From: a virus
Taxonomy: Duplodnaviria; Caudoviricetes
DNA length: 51,959 bases
IMG/VR virus record: IMGVR_UViG_3300035670_000293
Coordinates: 1-51,959 of that record
Strand: one strand, 5' to 3'
Shown: piece after piece, positions 40,713 through 50,281 of the stretch
Numbering within the stretch: position 1 is the first letter of the stretch
Layout of the letters: each line of letters begins with the position of its first letter
Notes under the pieces: model-generated
The model's input: only the letters and a program-made list of their open reading frames with translations
Told to the model about the DNA's origin: nothing
Databases searched by the model: none
Position numbers and translations under genes: made by a program

Positions 40713-42256
40713 GGGATGAAATTCCTATCTGGTGTTTGGGATACCTTGAACGGCGCGTCGCTGTCGGTGAGCAGAACATTCCGCGACGTGAAAGGGACGT
40801 ACCCGGCCTTATAGACGCACACATCGACGTAGGTGCCTGCCGAATAGGTGTAGCTGTAGGCGTAGGTTGAGCCACTGTTCGCGTCGATGTTGGCCAGTTC
40901 GGTCGTGGTGCCGGCGGCAAGGATTACGATGTCTGAACCCGACACAATGTCGGTCAGGGTGAGCGTGCGCTGGCCGCTGATGATGTTCACCGTCGCGCCC
41001 GCGGAGTGGTACGTCGTGCCGCCTGGGGCGTTGATGTTGACCGTGCCCGTGGTAGCCAGGACTCGCAGGGCGGCGTTGGCGGTGCCCGTGGAACCGTAGC
41101 CGGTGAAGGTGTTGGTCGCCACGGTGTAGTCGCCCGCCGTGCTAAACCCCTGAATGGCGTAGCCTGTGCCGGAGCTGATGAAGTCGCAGCCCGTTACCGC
41201 GCCGACGTTGCTGGCCACCAAGGCGGCGGCTGCATGGCTGTTGGTAATCAGGCTATCCGTAATACTGATACCGTTTTGCGTGATCTGCCCGCAGCGTCGG
41301 AACGTGCTGGCGTCAACCGTGCTACCAGTCTGGAATACAAACGTACCCATGTCGGTGAACGTGCAGCCGTTGATGGAGACCGTCGCGCCCGATGTCACCA
41401 CCTCGAAGTCACCCCGGCTGACCGGTGCCGAACCCGTGATGGACGTTTGCACACCCGAGATGGAAATCGAGTTCCAGGTCACCGAACTGGACGCATGGAC
41501 GATCTCGATCTTGTTGAACCCTGCGGAAACGCGAGGCGTGTCTTCGATCAGGATGGCTTTGTTGCTATCCGAGAAGGTGACGCTGTTGCCGGTGTCGCCC
41601 AGCGAGAGCAACCCCTTCCACTTGTACACACCCCCTGCGTTGGAGAACAGACCCCAACGGGCGGTAGTCGCGTCATTGGCCGATGCCAGGCCCGTGAAGG
41701 TAGAATCCGCGCCGATGGCTTTGATCTGCCCGCGCCCGTAGCGGAAGGCGTCAATGCCGTGCGGACTACCCTTGGTGATCTTGGCCAGCATGTTGCACAT
41801 GGAACCGAAGTACCGGTAGCTTCCGCCGTTACCCCCGCCCGTGGTCTGGTCCGCCGTCAGGGTAGGGTCGATGGCCGTAGACTGCCAGCCGCCATAGGGG
41901 TACGAGCCGAAGTTATTGCCCACGGCGTTGTAGAAGCTGACGGCACCCAGCGCAGACCCAATGCCGATGCGCATCCCACCGGAGGCCCATGTCTCGATGT
42001 TGGTCGGCGCGGCGAAGTACTGCCAGCCCATCACTACCCATCCGGTTGTCCAGGAGATATTGCTGCCGAAGTCGAACGCGATACTGGCCTGCTGCCCGAC
42101 AGCCTGACCAGTAGCCTGGTCAACCGACGATCCGTTGTGGATGTAGTTCTCGGTTGAAAGCGCCGGCGTGCCGCCCGTGGTGAAGCCTGTGAACTCCGTG
42201 AACGTACCCGAATCACAGAGCGTGATCGTGTTGAGGTCGGTAGAGTACGTTGCCAT
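40709..42256 (-). CDS. G/S/T-rich putative tail spike / beta-helix protein
   Basis: Beta-helix-like repeats (SINGCTFTD, VDASTFRRC, ITDSLITN, VTGCDF). Confidence 0.65.
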   Translation of the reverse strand: MATYSTDLNTITLCDSGTFTEFTGFTTGGTPALSTENYIHNGSSVDQATGQAVGQQASIAFDFGSNISWTTGWVVMGWQYFAAPTNIETWASGGMRIGIGSALGAVSFYNAVGNNFGSYPYGGWQSTAIDPTLTADQTTGGGNGGSYRYFGSMCNMLAKITKGSPHGIDAFRYGRGQIKAIGADSTFTGLASANDATTARWGLFSNAGGVYKWKGLLSLGDTGNSVTFSDSNKAILIEDTPRVSAGFNKIEIVHASSSVTWNSISISGVQTSITGSAPVSRGDFEVVTSGATVSINGCTFTDMGTFVFQTGSTVDASTFRRCGQITQNGISITDSLITNSHAAAALVASNVGAVTGCDFISSGTGYAIQGFSTAGDYTVATNTFTGYGSTGTANAALRVLATTGTVNINAPGGTTYHSAGATVNIISGQRTLTLTDIVSGSDIVILAAGTTTELANIDANSGSTYAYSYTYSAGTYVDVCVYKAGYVPFTSRNVLLTDSDAPFKVSQTPDRNFIP

Positions 42257-42552
42257 TATTTACCCTCGCTTCGAGCCTTGACGGTCTGTATCCGCCCAAA
42301 CTGGTCGCGTTCAATGGTGAATTCCCAGGATTCAGGCCTGGGCGCAGGTTCAATGACAACAGACGGCTTCATGGCTTTGATGGCACGATGCTGCTCGCCC
42401 ATGGCCTTCACAACCGCCAGCCCAAACTGAGTGATGGATTCGGCAATGGGCGTGGTATCCACCGCAGGCGCAGCCGGTTCCGGTAGTGGCTCAGGCTGTT
42501 TTCGCGCAACGCCAAGGCGTTCAAGCTCGGTGTCGTCTAGGTATTTAGGCAA
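42256..42552 (-). CDS. hypothetical protein
   Basis: C-terminal WEFTIERDQFGRIQTV; coupled to its neighbours. Confidence 0.55.
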   Translation of the reverse strand: MPKYLDDTELERLGVARKQPEPLPEPAAPAVDTTPIAESITQFGLAVVKAMGEQHRAIKAMKPSVVIEPAPRPESWEFTIERDQFGRIQTVKARSEGK

Positions 42553-45500
42553 TCGAGCAACCTCTTGATCAGGTCAATCTGCGAATCCACTTCGGCCAGC
42601 GCCACGTCGGCCTGCTCATCAGCCATCAACTGAATGCCGTCTTTCATGACGGGCTTGCCATCGCGGGCATAGACCGGGCGCTTCACCATGATCTTGTCCA
42701 ACGGCACACCCGCTTCTGCGCGTCGATCCAGTTCGGCGCGGGCCTTGTTGGCCGCAGGTGCGTCCGAGTTGGCAATGCGCTCCAGGGCGTCGGCAGACAT
42801 ATCCGCCACCTTCACACCCGCAATGGCGTCTGGCGTGCTGACGGGCTTGATGTCTACCGGTGCAGGCTCCACCATGGCCGGCGATTCGGCCTTGACTGCG
42901 TTGTCCGCTGCCTCGACTTCAGCCTCTTCACGCTTGGGGTTGAGTGCCGCGTCGATTACGTCCAGGTAATCCTTGTTGACCGGCGCTTTCTGCTCGGGCG
43001 CTTTCTCTTCCGGTGCCGCGTTATTGACGATGTTGGTGGTGTTGTTCACCACGTTATCGGCTTCGCGGTCGCCAATGCTGATGCTGACACCGCCCGGCGT
43101 CGTGGTCGTCGTCCTGATTACATTACCGCCCTCGGTGTCCTCGATTCCAGCAGGTTCAGCTTGCTCGCCAAATCGTTCATTTCCTTCGGCAAGGGGATCT
43201 CGTTCATTTCCGGGTTGAGCCGCATCGTCTCTTTGATCATCCACGCCTGGTTGAACGTCAGCACCTGCATTTTCATCGCTCTCCGCAACCACTTCGGCAT
43301 CTCGAACGTCGGCAGGTCTTGCTTCATCGGCGGGTGCATTCTCGTCCTCAGCTTGTGGTTGCTCGGCAGGCTGTTCAGCTTGGGGCTGTTCTGCGGGCTG
43401 TTCTGCGGGTTGTTCTGCGGGTTGTTCGGCCTGGGGTTGCTCATACGCAGCAATCACTTCAGCCGGCACGCGCTTGCCATCCAGAATGGCCTGCTCAACC
43501 GCCGCACGGTGCGCCTCGATGATGTCGGCTTCAGTTACGTCCTTCTGCTTGGCGTACTCCGCAGGCGTCAATGACCAGATTGGCGCTTCAGGTTTCACCG
43601 CCTCGGCCTGGCCTGGCTCGCTCGGTTGCGTCTGTGAAGGCTTGGCTGGCTGTTCAGGCACCGGGTTAAAGGCATTGTTGAACGCCTCTTCAAACGGCAC
43701 GTCATCACGTCCCTGCGCTTTCGCATCCTCTTCGACCTGCGCACCTTCGGCGGGCGTGTCCTTGGCCTCTGCATTGGGCGCTTGCTCAGAAAGCTCAGGT
43801 GCTGCCGCTTCCGGCGCCTTCGCCTCGGCGTCGTCATCCTGTGCTGGCTGCGCACCACGGGCAGCGACTTGCATCAACTCGTCGTTATTGAACGCCTCAG
43901 AGAAAGAGGGTTCAGGCGCATCCGCTTGCGCTGCCTGTGCTGCCGGTGTCTCAGGAACAATCCCCGCCTGGCCGGGTTGCTGCGCTTCCGGGGTAACTTC
44001 GGCTTGCTCAACCTGTGCCGGCACTTCAGTCGGTGCCGCAGGCATGGCTTCAGGCGGAATCGCACTCAGGGCCGCGCCAATGGGGCCGGTGGGTGCGGCA
44101 GGCTCAGGCGTAGCCGCCTCAAGCTCAGGCAGCATGGCCGCTGGGTTCGCCTGTGAACCCGGTACTTCACTCGGCATGCGTCCGCGCACATGGTCAATGA
44201 CAAGTCCTGGGTCAGCACGCACCGCCATCGCCAGCCCGTCAATATCGTTCGGCGCCAGCACATCGCCAAAGCGTTCTTCCAGACGGTTGCGCACCACATC
44301 AAGAGGCTGACCACCCAGCCGGTCCACAAAGACCGCAAAGCCTTCACGCGCCTCTGCGCCTTCCAGCAAGGGCAGCACCGCATCCACCTGGGCGCGAATC
44401 GCCATCTCGTCAGGCGAAGAAAGTTCAGCCCCAGAAGCAGAAACGCCGGCATCAGCCGGCGTCATGGAAGGAGTGGCGCTCGCCATGTCTGGCGGGGGAG
44501 GGCTAACACCCGCTTGCCGCGCCTCATGCCAATCGGCAATCTTGCGCGCCTCGTCCGCAACCAGCGGGCCATTCATTGAAATGGCCGCTGCTGCACCTTC
44601 CAGTTTCCCGGCAGGCCAGACATCGCCAAACGTCTCGATCATCTGCTGTCGAACCACTTCAGCGGGTTGTCCGCCCATGCGCTCAGCAAAGTCAGCAAAG
44701 GCCCGCTTGGCCTCCACTGTTTCAAGCGCAGACGTGCCAAAAGCCGCACGCTCACGCAGGGCTTTTTCCGTCTCTTTCTGTGCGGGCGAAAGCTCAGTCG
44801 TGGCCGGCGTGTCAGGCGCTACCGCTTCAGGCGCCATCGAATCCAGGTCAGCCGTAACCGGCGAATCCGCGCCTTCAGCCAACGGTGTTTCAGACTCTTC
44901 GCCACCCACGGCAGGGGGAATCGCATCGACCGCATCCGGTTGCGCAGGTTCAAGTCCAGGGTCTTGCTGGTTGGTCTGAGCCGGCGCAGTCATGGCGTCG
45001 AACTCAGCCGCCATGGTTGTTGCGTCCTGCTGCTTTGCCTCTACCTCAGACTGCGCCTTTTGCTGGCCAAAGGCCTTTTCAACGGCGTCTTGATATTGCG
45101 CAGTACCCGGCCCTTCTTGTCCAAGGCTTTCAGGCTTGGCGTACTGGGCACCCTCTACCATGTCACGGAAGGCGGTAGAAAACTGACGCTGCGGAGAATT
45201 GACAGCCACATCCAGGCCAATGGCGCCACCAATGGGCGAACCACCAATAGCGCCCTGAATGAACGCATCGCCCGTGCCGCTCAAAACCGGCGTGTTCGCC
45301 AGGCGTTCAGCCGTTTCCTGATTGCCGCGATTGAATGCCTTGTCGATAGCGCCCGTGACAATATCAACCACATTGCCACCAGCTTGGTTCAAGGCCTCTT
45401 CGCCGCCTTCCTGTACGGTCATGGCCGTACCGACAGCCGCGCCGCCAAGGATGCGATTGGCAACCTTCTGCTTGTCCGCGTAGGGCAAGGCATTCCACTT

Positions 45501-47165
45501 GTTACGCAAGAATGAGCCAAACTCGATACCCGTGCGCTCAGTCAATCCTTCCAGCGAACCCTTGAGCAACGCATTGATGTGCGCCTCGGGCTGCGGCATG
45601 CCAGACTCAACATTCCTGGCGTACTCATTCGCCATTGTTGCAACAGACATGCCGGCAATGTAGCCCTTCGCAACAGCAGGACCGCCAAAGATGGAAGCAA
45701 CCGTGCCCAGCGTCGTCGGCACTGCCGCGCCAAGGTAGTAACTGATTTTGTCTACAGCGTTATCACCAGACCAGTCCGCATCCGCATAGGATGGCGTCAT
45801 CTTGCTGGCCATGAACTCCATCCGCTTGGCGATCTTGTCAGCGCCTTCGCTCTTATCAAGGCCCGCCACATTCAGAATCTGGTTATACAGATTGAATGGC
45901 GAGGCAAGGCCAAAAGACAAGACCATGCCAGACATGCCAGCGGTGGCAGGGTTGTTATCCGCCCATTGCTGCACGCGCTTGGCTACATCCTGATTGGTAT
46001 CGAAGAAGTCGCGCATCTCCGTGTCGCCCTTGGCGCGCTCTTCAAGCCACTTCTTGTCCTCTTGTTCTTTCCTGGCCTGCGCCACGGGGTCAGGGTCATA
46101 CCCAAGCAAATCGTCCGACTTTTTCGCCATCTTCTGCGATAGCGATTGATCGAACAAAGCATTGCCTGCGTCCGATCCGCTGATAACAGCCTTCTCATCC
46201 TTGTCGCCAATCTTGCGCGCATCGGCATACGACTGTGCGCGCCGATGCAAATCCTGCGCAGGCGTCATGGGCTTGCCGGCTGCAATCTTCCTCAGCGCAT
46301 TGCTCTCAGCCGTTTCGTTCAGCCAGGCCACCTGTGCGCGGTCATTGGTGTCGATCTTGTTCATCGACAGCAACTTCTCACGTTCCTTGCGAATCAACTC
46401 GGCATTTTTGCCAAGTTCGGTCATCAAGTAACTGTGCTGCCAAGCGGCAATGGGCGATGTCTTTGCAAGTGCGTGACGATCAGACGGGGAGGCGGCAAGA
46501 TACTGCCCAAGCAGTTTCTGATACTCGTCCTTTTTGGTGACGGCAAACTGCTTACCTGTTTTCTTGGTTTGTGCAGAGTCAGAAAGAAACCCGCCCTCAT
46601 AGGTACTCAAGAAATCATTGAAGCCGAATGGGTCTGGCCGGCTTGGGTCCATGCCAAGCGTAGCATTGGTAGCCGATGCAGCAGTTGGCTTGCCTGGCTT
46701 CTCAACAGGCTTTGTCTGCGCAGGCTTTGCCGCCTTTTGTTCTGCCGTCTGCGTGCTGTATTGCTTGCCGTTCCACTCGAAAACACTGGTTCCGGGCGTC
46801 TTGCCGGCTGCGCGCTCGTCTTGTGTGGCTTGCTTGAACGCATCGGCAAACGATTTGCGCTGCTCTACAGGCTTGGCATCGGGCTTTGCTTCGGGAGGGG
46901 AGGGGGGTGCAGCTTCAACCTTGACAGGCTCAGCTTCGGTGATGGGCGCCTCAACGGCGGCAGTCACTTCGGGGGTGACTTCGGGGGTAACTTCTGGGGT
47001 GGCAGGCTCAACAGGCTTGGGCGCATCAACCGATTCGCCTTCAGGAAACAGTTCGCGCCAAGCGTCCTGGATCGTCGAGTATTCGTCAGGCGTTACAAGG
47101 TTCTCTTCCTCATAGGCCTGCCGCTTCCAGTCCTCAACGTCTTTTTCAGGATCGAACTGCGTCAT
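42537..47165 (-). CDS. large internal virion / DNA ejection protein (Ala/Pro/Glu-rich)
   Basis: EGGEEALNQAGGN..GAIGGSPIGG motifs; position in the ejection-gene cluster. Confidence 0.7.
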   Translation of the reverse strand: MTQFDPEKDVEDWKRQAYEEENLVTPDEYSTIQDAWRELFPEGESVDAPKPVEPATPEVTPEVTPEVTAAVEAPITEAEPVKVEAAPPSPPEAKPDAKPVEQRKSFADAFKQATQDERAAGKTPGTSVFEWNGKQYSTQTAEQKAAKPAQTKPVEKPGKPTAASATNATLGMDPSRPDPFGFNDFLSTYEGGFLSDSAQTKKTGKQFAVTKKDEYQKLLGQYLAASPSDRHALAKTSPIAAWQHSYLMTELGKNAELIRKEREKLLSMNKIDTNDRAQVAWLNETAESNALRKIAAGKPMTPAQDLHRRAQSYADARKIGDKDEKAVISGSDAGNALFDQSLSQKMAKKSDDLLGYDPDPVAQARKEQEDKKWLEERAKGDTEMRDFFDTNQDVAKRVQQWADNNPATAGMSGMVLSFGLASPFNLYNQILNVAGLDKSEGADKIAKRMEFMASKMTPSYADADWSGDNAVDKISYYLGAAVPTTLGTVASIFGGPAVAKGYIAGMSVATMANEYARNVESGMPQPEAHINALLKGSLEGLTERTGIEFGSFLRNKWNALPYADKQKVANRILGGAAVGTAMTVQEGGEEALNQAGGNVVDIVTGAIDKAFNRGNQETAERLANTPVLSGTGDAFIQGAIGGSPIGGAIGLDVAVNSPQRQFSTAFRDMVEGAQYAKPESLGQEGPGTAQYQDAVEKAFGQQKAQSEVEAKQQDATTMAAEFDAMTAPAQTNQQDPGLEPAQPDAVDAIPPAVGGEESETPLAEGADSPVTADLDSMAPEAVAPDTPATTELSPAQKETEKALRERAAFGTSALETVEAKRAFADFAERMGGQPAEVVRQQMIETFGDVWPAGKLEGAAAAISMNGPLVADEARKIADWHEARQAGVSPPPPDMASATPSMTPADAGVSASGAELSSPDEMAIRAQVDAVLPLLEGAEAREGFAVFVDRLGGQPLDVVRNRLEERFGDVLAPNDIDGLAMAVRADPGLVIDHVRGRMPSEVPGSQANPAAMLPELEAATPEPAAPTGPIGAALSAIPPEAMPAAPTEVPAQVEQAEVTPEAQQPGQAGIVPETPAAQAAQADAPEPSFSEAFNNDELMQVAARGAQPAQDDDAEAKAPEAAAPELSEQAPNAEAKDTPAEGAQVEEDAKAQGRDDVPFEEAFNNAFNPVPEQPAKPSQTQPSEPGQAEAVKPEAPIWSLTPAEYAKQKDVTEADIIEAHRAAVEQAILDGKRVPAEVIAAYEQPQAEQPAEQPAEQPAEQPQAEQPAEQPQAEDENAPADEARPADVRDAEVVAESDENAGADVQPGVDDQRDDAAQPGNERDPLAEGNERFGEQAEPAGIEDTEGGNVIRTTTTTPGGVSISIGDREADNVVNNTTNIVNNAAPEEKAPEQKAPVNKDYLDVIDAALNPKREEAEVEAADNAVKAESPAMVEPAPVDIKPVSTPDAIAGVKVADMSADALERIANSDAPAANKARAELDRRAEAGVPLDKIMVKRPVYARDGKPVMKDGIQLMADEQADVALAEVDSQIDLIKRLLDCLNT
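43118..43339 (-). CDS. nested out-of-frame hypothetical protein (73 aa)
   Basis: GAGGA RBS; MHPPMKQDLPTFEMPKWLRRAMKMQVLTFNQAWMIKE... Confidence 0.55.
   Translation of the reverse strand: MHPPMKQDLPTFEMPKWLRRAMKMQVLTFNQAWMIKETMRLNPEMNEIPLPKEMNDLASKLNLLESRTPRAVM
43355..43442. repeat. 12/15-bp coding tandem repeat (EQPA/EQPQA)
   Basis: GGG(C/T)TGTTCTGC units. Confidence 0.7.
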
Positions 47166-47181
47166 CAAAACCTCGCGCACA

Positions 47182-47213
47182 TAAAAAAAGCCACCGCAGA
47201 GGTGGCTTATTTT
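47182..47213 (-). terminator. intrinsic terminator (possibly bidirectional)
   Basis: AAGCCACC-TCTGC-GGTGGCTTTTTTT. Confidence 0.8.
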
Positions 47214-47266
47214 GGGGGCAACTTGCCCGTCAAGGCGATTCTACATAAACCAACGTGGTTTGCAAG

Positions 47267-49258
47267 TTACTTCGCGGTGCGGAAGACTATGCCTTGCTCT
47301 AAGAACTGCTTAAACAAGTTGTCTCTGCGCGTCTTCTCTGCTTCGGTTTTATATGGCAGGCTATTGATGTATTTAGCAGCAATATCCCCCATCGCCACTT
47401 TGTGTTCTTCAATATGAAGCATTGGATCAGCCGCGATATTCGTTGGCATGTGCTCGCTCGCCCTTTTAAGCAGCGCAAGTCTAAGTGCCTGCCGGTTAGC
47501 TCCTACAAACTTCTGGTCAAAGTATTTTAGATAAGCATCTACAGTAGGCCCAAATTTTTCAAACTGTCTGTTTATAAGGTCTGCATCAACTATCCGTGAA
47601 CTTTCATTTCCTTTCGGCCCGGTGGTATTTTTTTGTGTCGCGGCTGTTTTTGGGTCGTATGTAACATTCTCAGTTTTGCTGCCTTGGTAAACATGGACAT
47701 TTGTTCCTCTGTTGGAACTCATATCGCTCTTCCATGCTTCTTCATAGTCATTGACGATGCTCTGCCATCTTGCGATCTCGGCCTTGTCGCCACTGGCCTT
47801 TGCTAGTTCAAGCTGGCGCTTCGCATCCTGACGTTCAGCAATCAACTTTCCTTTTGGCGATGTACTACTGGTTTGCGCGGCTGGATTCGTATAAACAACC
47901 TGGCCGTCGCGGACAAGGTTGTGTCCAGGCGCCACGTCATGCGTCTTCATCTTGGCCTCTTGCTCGGCCTTGAACTTGGCGTAGGGGTCCATCTTGGCCA
48001 TGGCAAAGCCCAATATCTGGTCCGCCGTGGCGCGTGTGCTATGCAGGCGCTTGCCGGTCTTTTCGTCGCGCACCTGAATGTCAAACATCCCATCGTCCGC
48101 AACCGATACTTCCGACATCTGGCCATCAGGAATCAGCCGGTTGTACATGTTCGAGACGTACTGAACCGCGCCCTTCTTGTCACCCATCGCAATCATCATG
48201 CCAGCCGTCGAGTACGCCTCACCAAACTGAGCGTTATCGCGCTGCTTGGCCCACTCGCCAAACGCCTCAGCCTCCTTGAAGCGGTTTTGCTTGAACAGCA
48301 CTTGCTGAATCTTGGGTACATACCGCTTGGCGTACACGTCCATCGCGTCAATCTTCGGCTTGGTAAACCGGCGTAATCCGGAAGCGCGTGAATCGGCGGG
48401 GGATTGTTGAGCGGGGGCTTGCTGAGTCGGCACTTGCTGTGTGGCAGCTTGTTGAGTCGGCGCTTGTTGCTCAGTAGGTTGTGCAGTGGTTTGCACAGGT
48501 GATGACTCTCCAACTGGCGGAACATTGGGTGGCAATGATGGATCGACAACCTTGCGTGCCCAGTCCTTTGCCGCCTTGGCGTCTGTCAACGCGGCCCATT
48601 TATCAAGACCCGCCATGCCGCCAGACGACTTACGCAGTGCCGTCGCCTCGCGCAGTTTGCCAGCCGCCACAAGCTCGTTGTACGCATTAACAACGTCGCC
48701 AGGCGTAGGTACATTGGCTTGCTGTTCAAGAGGGATGATTTCTTCGCGATCAAGCAATGGCGTCGTAACGATCTTTCCGTCCGTCGCAGCATTTTGTGGC
48801 GCGCCAGCCGGTTTGGCCGGTACAGCTTGAGTATCGCGCTTGCTCGGCTCCGTTAAACTCCTGAACGCCTCCGCATACGCCGCATCCGCCTCTGCTTTTG
48901 TCGCGTAAGTACGCGTTTCCTGGCCGTTGCTGACATCAAACTGACCGTCATCCCGTGGCTTTACCGAACCCGCCGATCTGGCCGGCACCTCGTTTTGCAG
49001 GCTCTCTATGTCCTGCGCAGTATGGTAAGCCGCATCCGCGTCACTTGCGTTCTTGAAGCCCATCAACCCGCCGCCAAGACCAATGTCGTTCCGGTTGATC
49101 TCACCCGTCGAAACCATCTCGGGCGCCAGGTTGCTCTCGTTCGCAATGCGCTCGGATTCTTTAATTGACTCTTCCTGAAGATCATAAAGCTCGCGCTGCT
49201 TGATAGCATCACCCCATGCGGCAATGCCCTTGCCAATGTTGTCCCATTTAAGCCGCAT
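47267..49258 (-). CDS. putative internal virion / DNA ejection protein
   Basis: Long ORF with QQAPT repeats, located in the ejection cluster. Confidence 0.65.
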   Translation of the reverse strand: MRLKWDNIGKGIAAWGDAIKQRELYDLQEESIKESERIANESNLAPEMVSTGEINRNDIGLGGGLMGFKNASDADAAYHTAQDIESLQNEVPARSAGSVKPRDDGQFDVSNGQETRTYATKAEADAAYAEAFRSLTEPSKRDTQAVPAKPAGAPQNAATDGKIVTTPLLDREEIIPLEQQANVPTPGDVVNAYNELVAAGKLREATALRKSSGGMAGLDKWAALTDAKAAKDWARKVVDPSLPPNVPPVGESSPVQTTAQPTEQQAPTQQAATQQVPTQQAPAQQSPADSRASGLRRFTKPKIDAMDVYAKRYVPKIQQVLFKQNRFKEAEAFGEWAKQRDNAQFGEAYSTAGMMIAMGDKKGAVQYVSNMYNRLIPDGQMSEVSVADDGMFDIQVRDEKTGKRLHSTRATADQILGFAMAKMDPYAKFKAEQEAKMKTHDVAPGHNLVRDGQVVYTNPAAQTSSTSPKGKLIAERQDAKRQLELAKASGDKAEIARWQSIVNDYEEAWKSDMSSNRGTNVHVYQGSKTENVTYDPKTAATQKNTTGPKGNESSRIVDADLINRQFEKFGPTVDAYLKYFDQKFVGANRQALRLALLKRASEHMPTNIAADPMLHIEEHKVAMGDIAAKYINSLPYKTEAEKTRRDNLFKQFLEQGIVFRTAK

Positions 49259-50279
49259 CGCGAACCTCCACCATTTCAATCCCGAGTAGATCGTAATTCA
49301 CCATAAGATAGCCGGAGTCATCCGTCATCACGGCATCTGGGCAAACCCCTTGCACCTCGTCGGCCATCACGCCACGGTAACGTCTGTCTGGCTGATCAAG
49401 GTAGTTGAACTCGTAGATCGTCAGGCCGGTTTCCTCGTCACGACCAACAGGCTCGACATTTTCTTTCAGTCTTGGGTCTGAAAAGGCAGTGTACACGTTG
49501 GCCACCCCGGACAGTACTCCACCCACATCCAACCCGCTCTGGCTGTCGGCTTTGTACACGCTCGTCTGCGAGTCAAGTACACCAGTCAACCCGTTCTGCA
49601 ACATATTGCGCCCAGACGCCATTACGTTTGCTCCCTGCGCCATGGTGTTCAGATACCGTGTTCCTGGCGCCATGGTGTTGTTTACCAGGCTATTTCCAGC
49701 GTTGAGCGACAAGGCGTAAGCCCCTTGCGATGCGCCCGTAAGGTTACGGCCCAGACCAGCTGCGTCGAGCTTGCGGGCGTAGCCGATGTTCTCTGCCTGC
49801 TGGCGTGTGCCAGTCATCGCGTTGGCGCGCATTGCTGCCAAGCTGAGTGCGTTTTGATTCTGCATTGCACGGGCTTTACCGCTGTTTGGGTTGACGCCCA
49901 TACTGGCCATGGCGCGGCCTGTTGCATTCTGCGTATTGCCAAAAGCGCGACCTACATCGGCTGCGGCCTGCGCAGCGAGTTCTTCGCGCTTCGCATCCGT
50001 GTGGTACGCCCGAGCGTCCGCGACAAGACCGCGCTCTAGCGGTCTGAATACCTCAATGTTGTACGCCCTATCCTCCCTGCCTTGCGCAGCAGTCTCTGCA
50101 GCGATTGAACCTTGCTGCTGCAATACAGGCATAATAGCCTGCATAGTCTGGTCATATTGACGAGCGTTTTCCGCATTAATTTCGCGCTGAAGATCGGCCA
50201 TGATCTCGGCGGATTCTTTGCTGGCATCTGCCAGTGGCGTGTAGTCTGGCGCTTTTGGTGTGCTTCCATAAAATCCCAT
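49248..50279 (-). CDS. DNA transfer (pilot)-like protein with C-terminal intramolecular chaperone (peptidase S74) domain
   Basis: A/Q/N/G-rich body (ASMGVNPNSG); SDPRLKENVEPVG...YEFNY...GVMADEV...VNYDLL. Confidence 0.75.
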   Translation of the reverse strand: MGFYGSTPKAPDYTPLADASKESAEIMADLQREINAENARQYDQTMQAIMPVLQQQGSIAAETAAQGREDRAYNIEVFRPLERGLVADARAYHTDAKREELAAQAAADVGRAFGNTQNATGRAMASMGVNPNSGKARAMQNQNALSLAAMRANAMTGTRQQAENIGYARKLDAAGLGRNLTGASQGAYALSLNAGNSLVNNTMAPGTRYLNTMAQGANVMASGRNMLQNGLTGVLDSQTSVYKADSQSGLDVGGVLSGVANVYTAFSDPRLKENVEPVGRDEETGLTIYEFNYLDQPDRRYRGVMADEVQGVCPDAVMTDDSGYLMVNYDLLGIEMVEVRDAA

Positions 50280-50281
50280 GA

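Noticed and set aside
21149-47417. Many long + strand ORFs (e.g. 23165-24265, 41006-42157, 46146-47417)
   Set aside because: Typical antisense shadows of GC3-rich genes; no motifs, RBS or promoters noticed.
46960-48490. VTPE and QQAPT coding repeats
   Set aside because: Ordinary low-complexity linker expansions.
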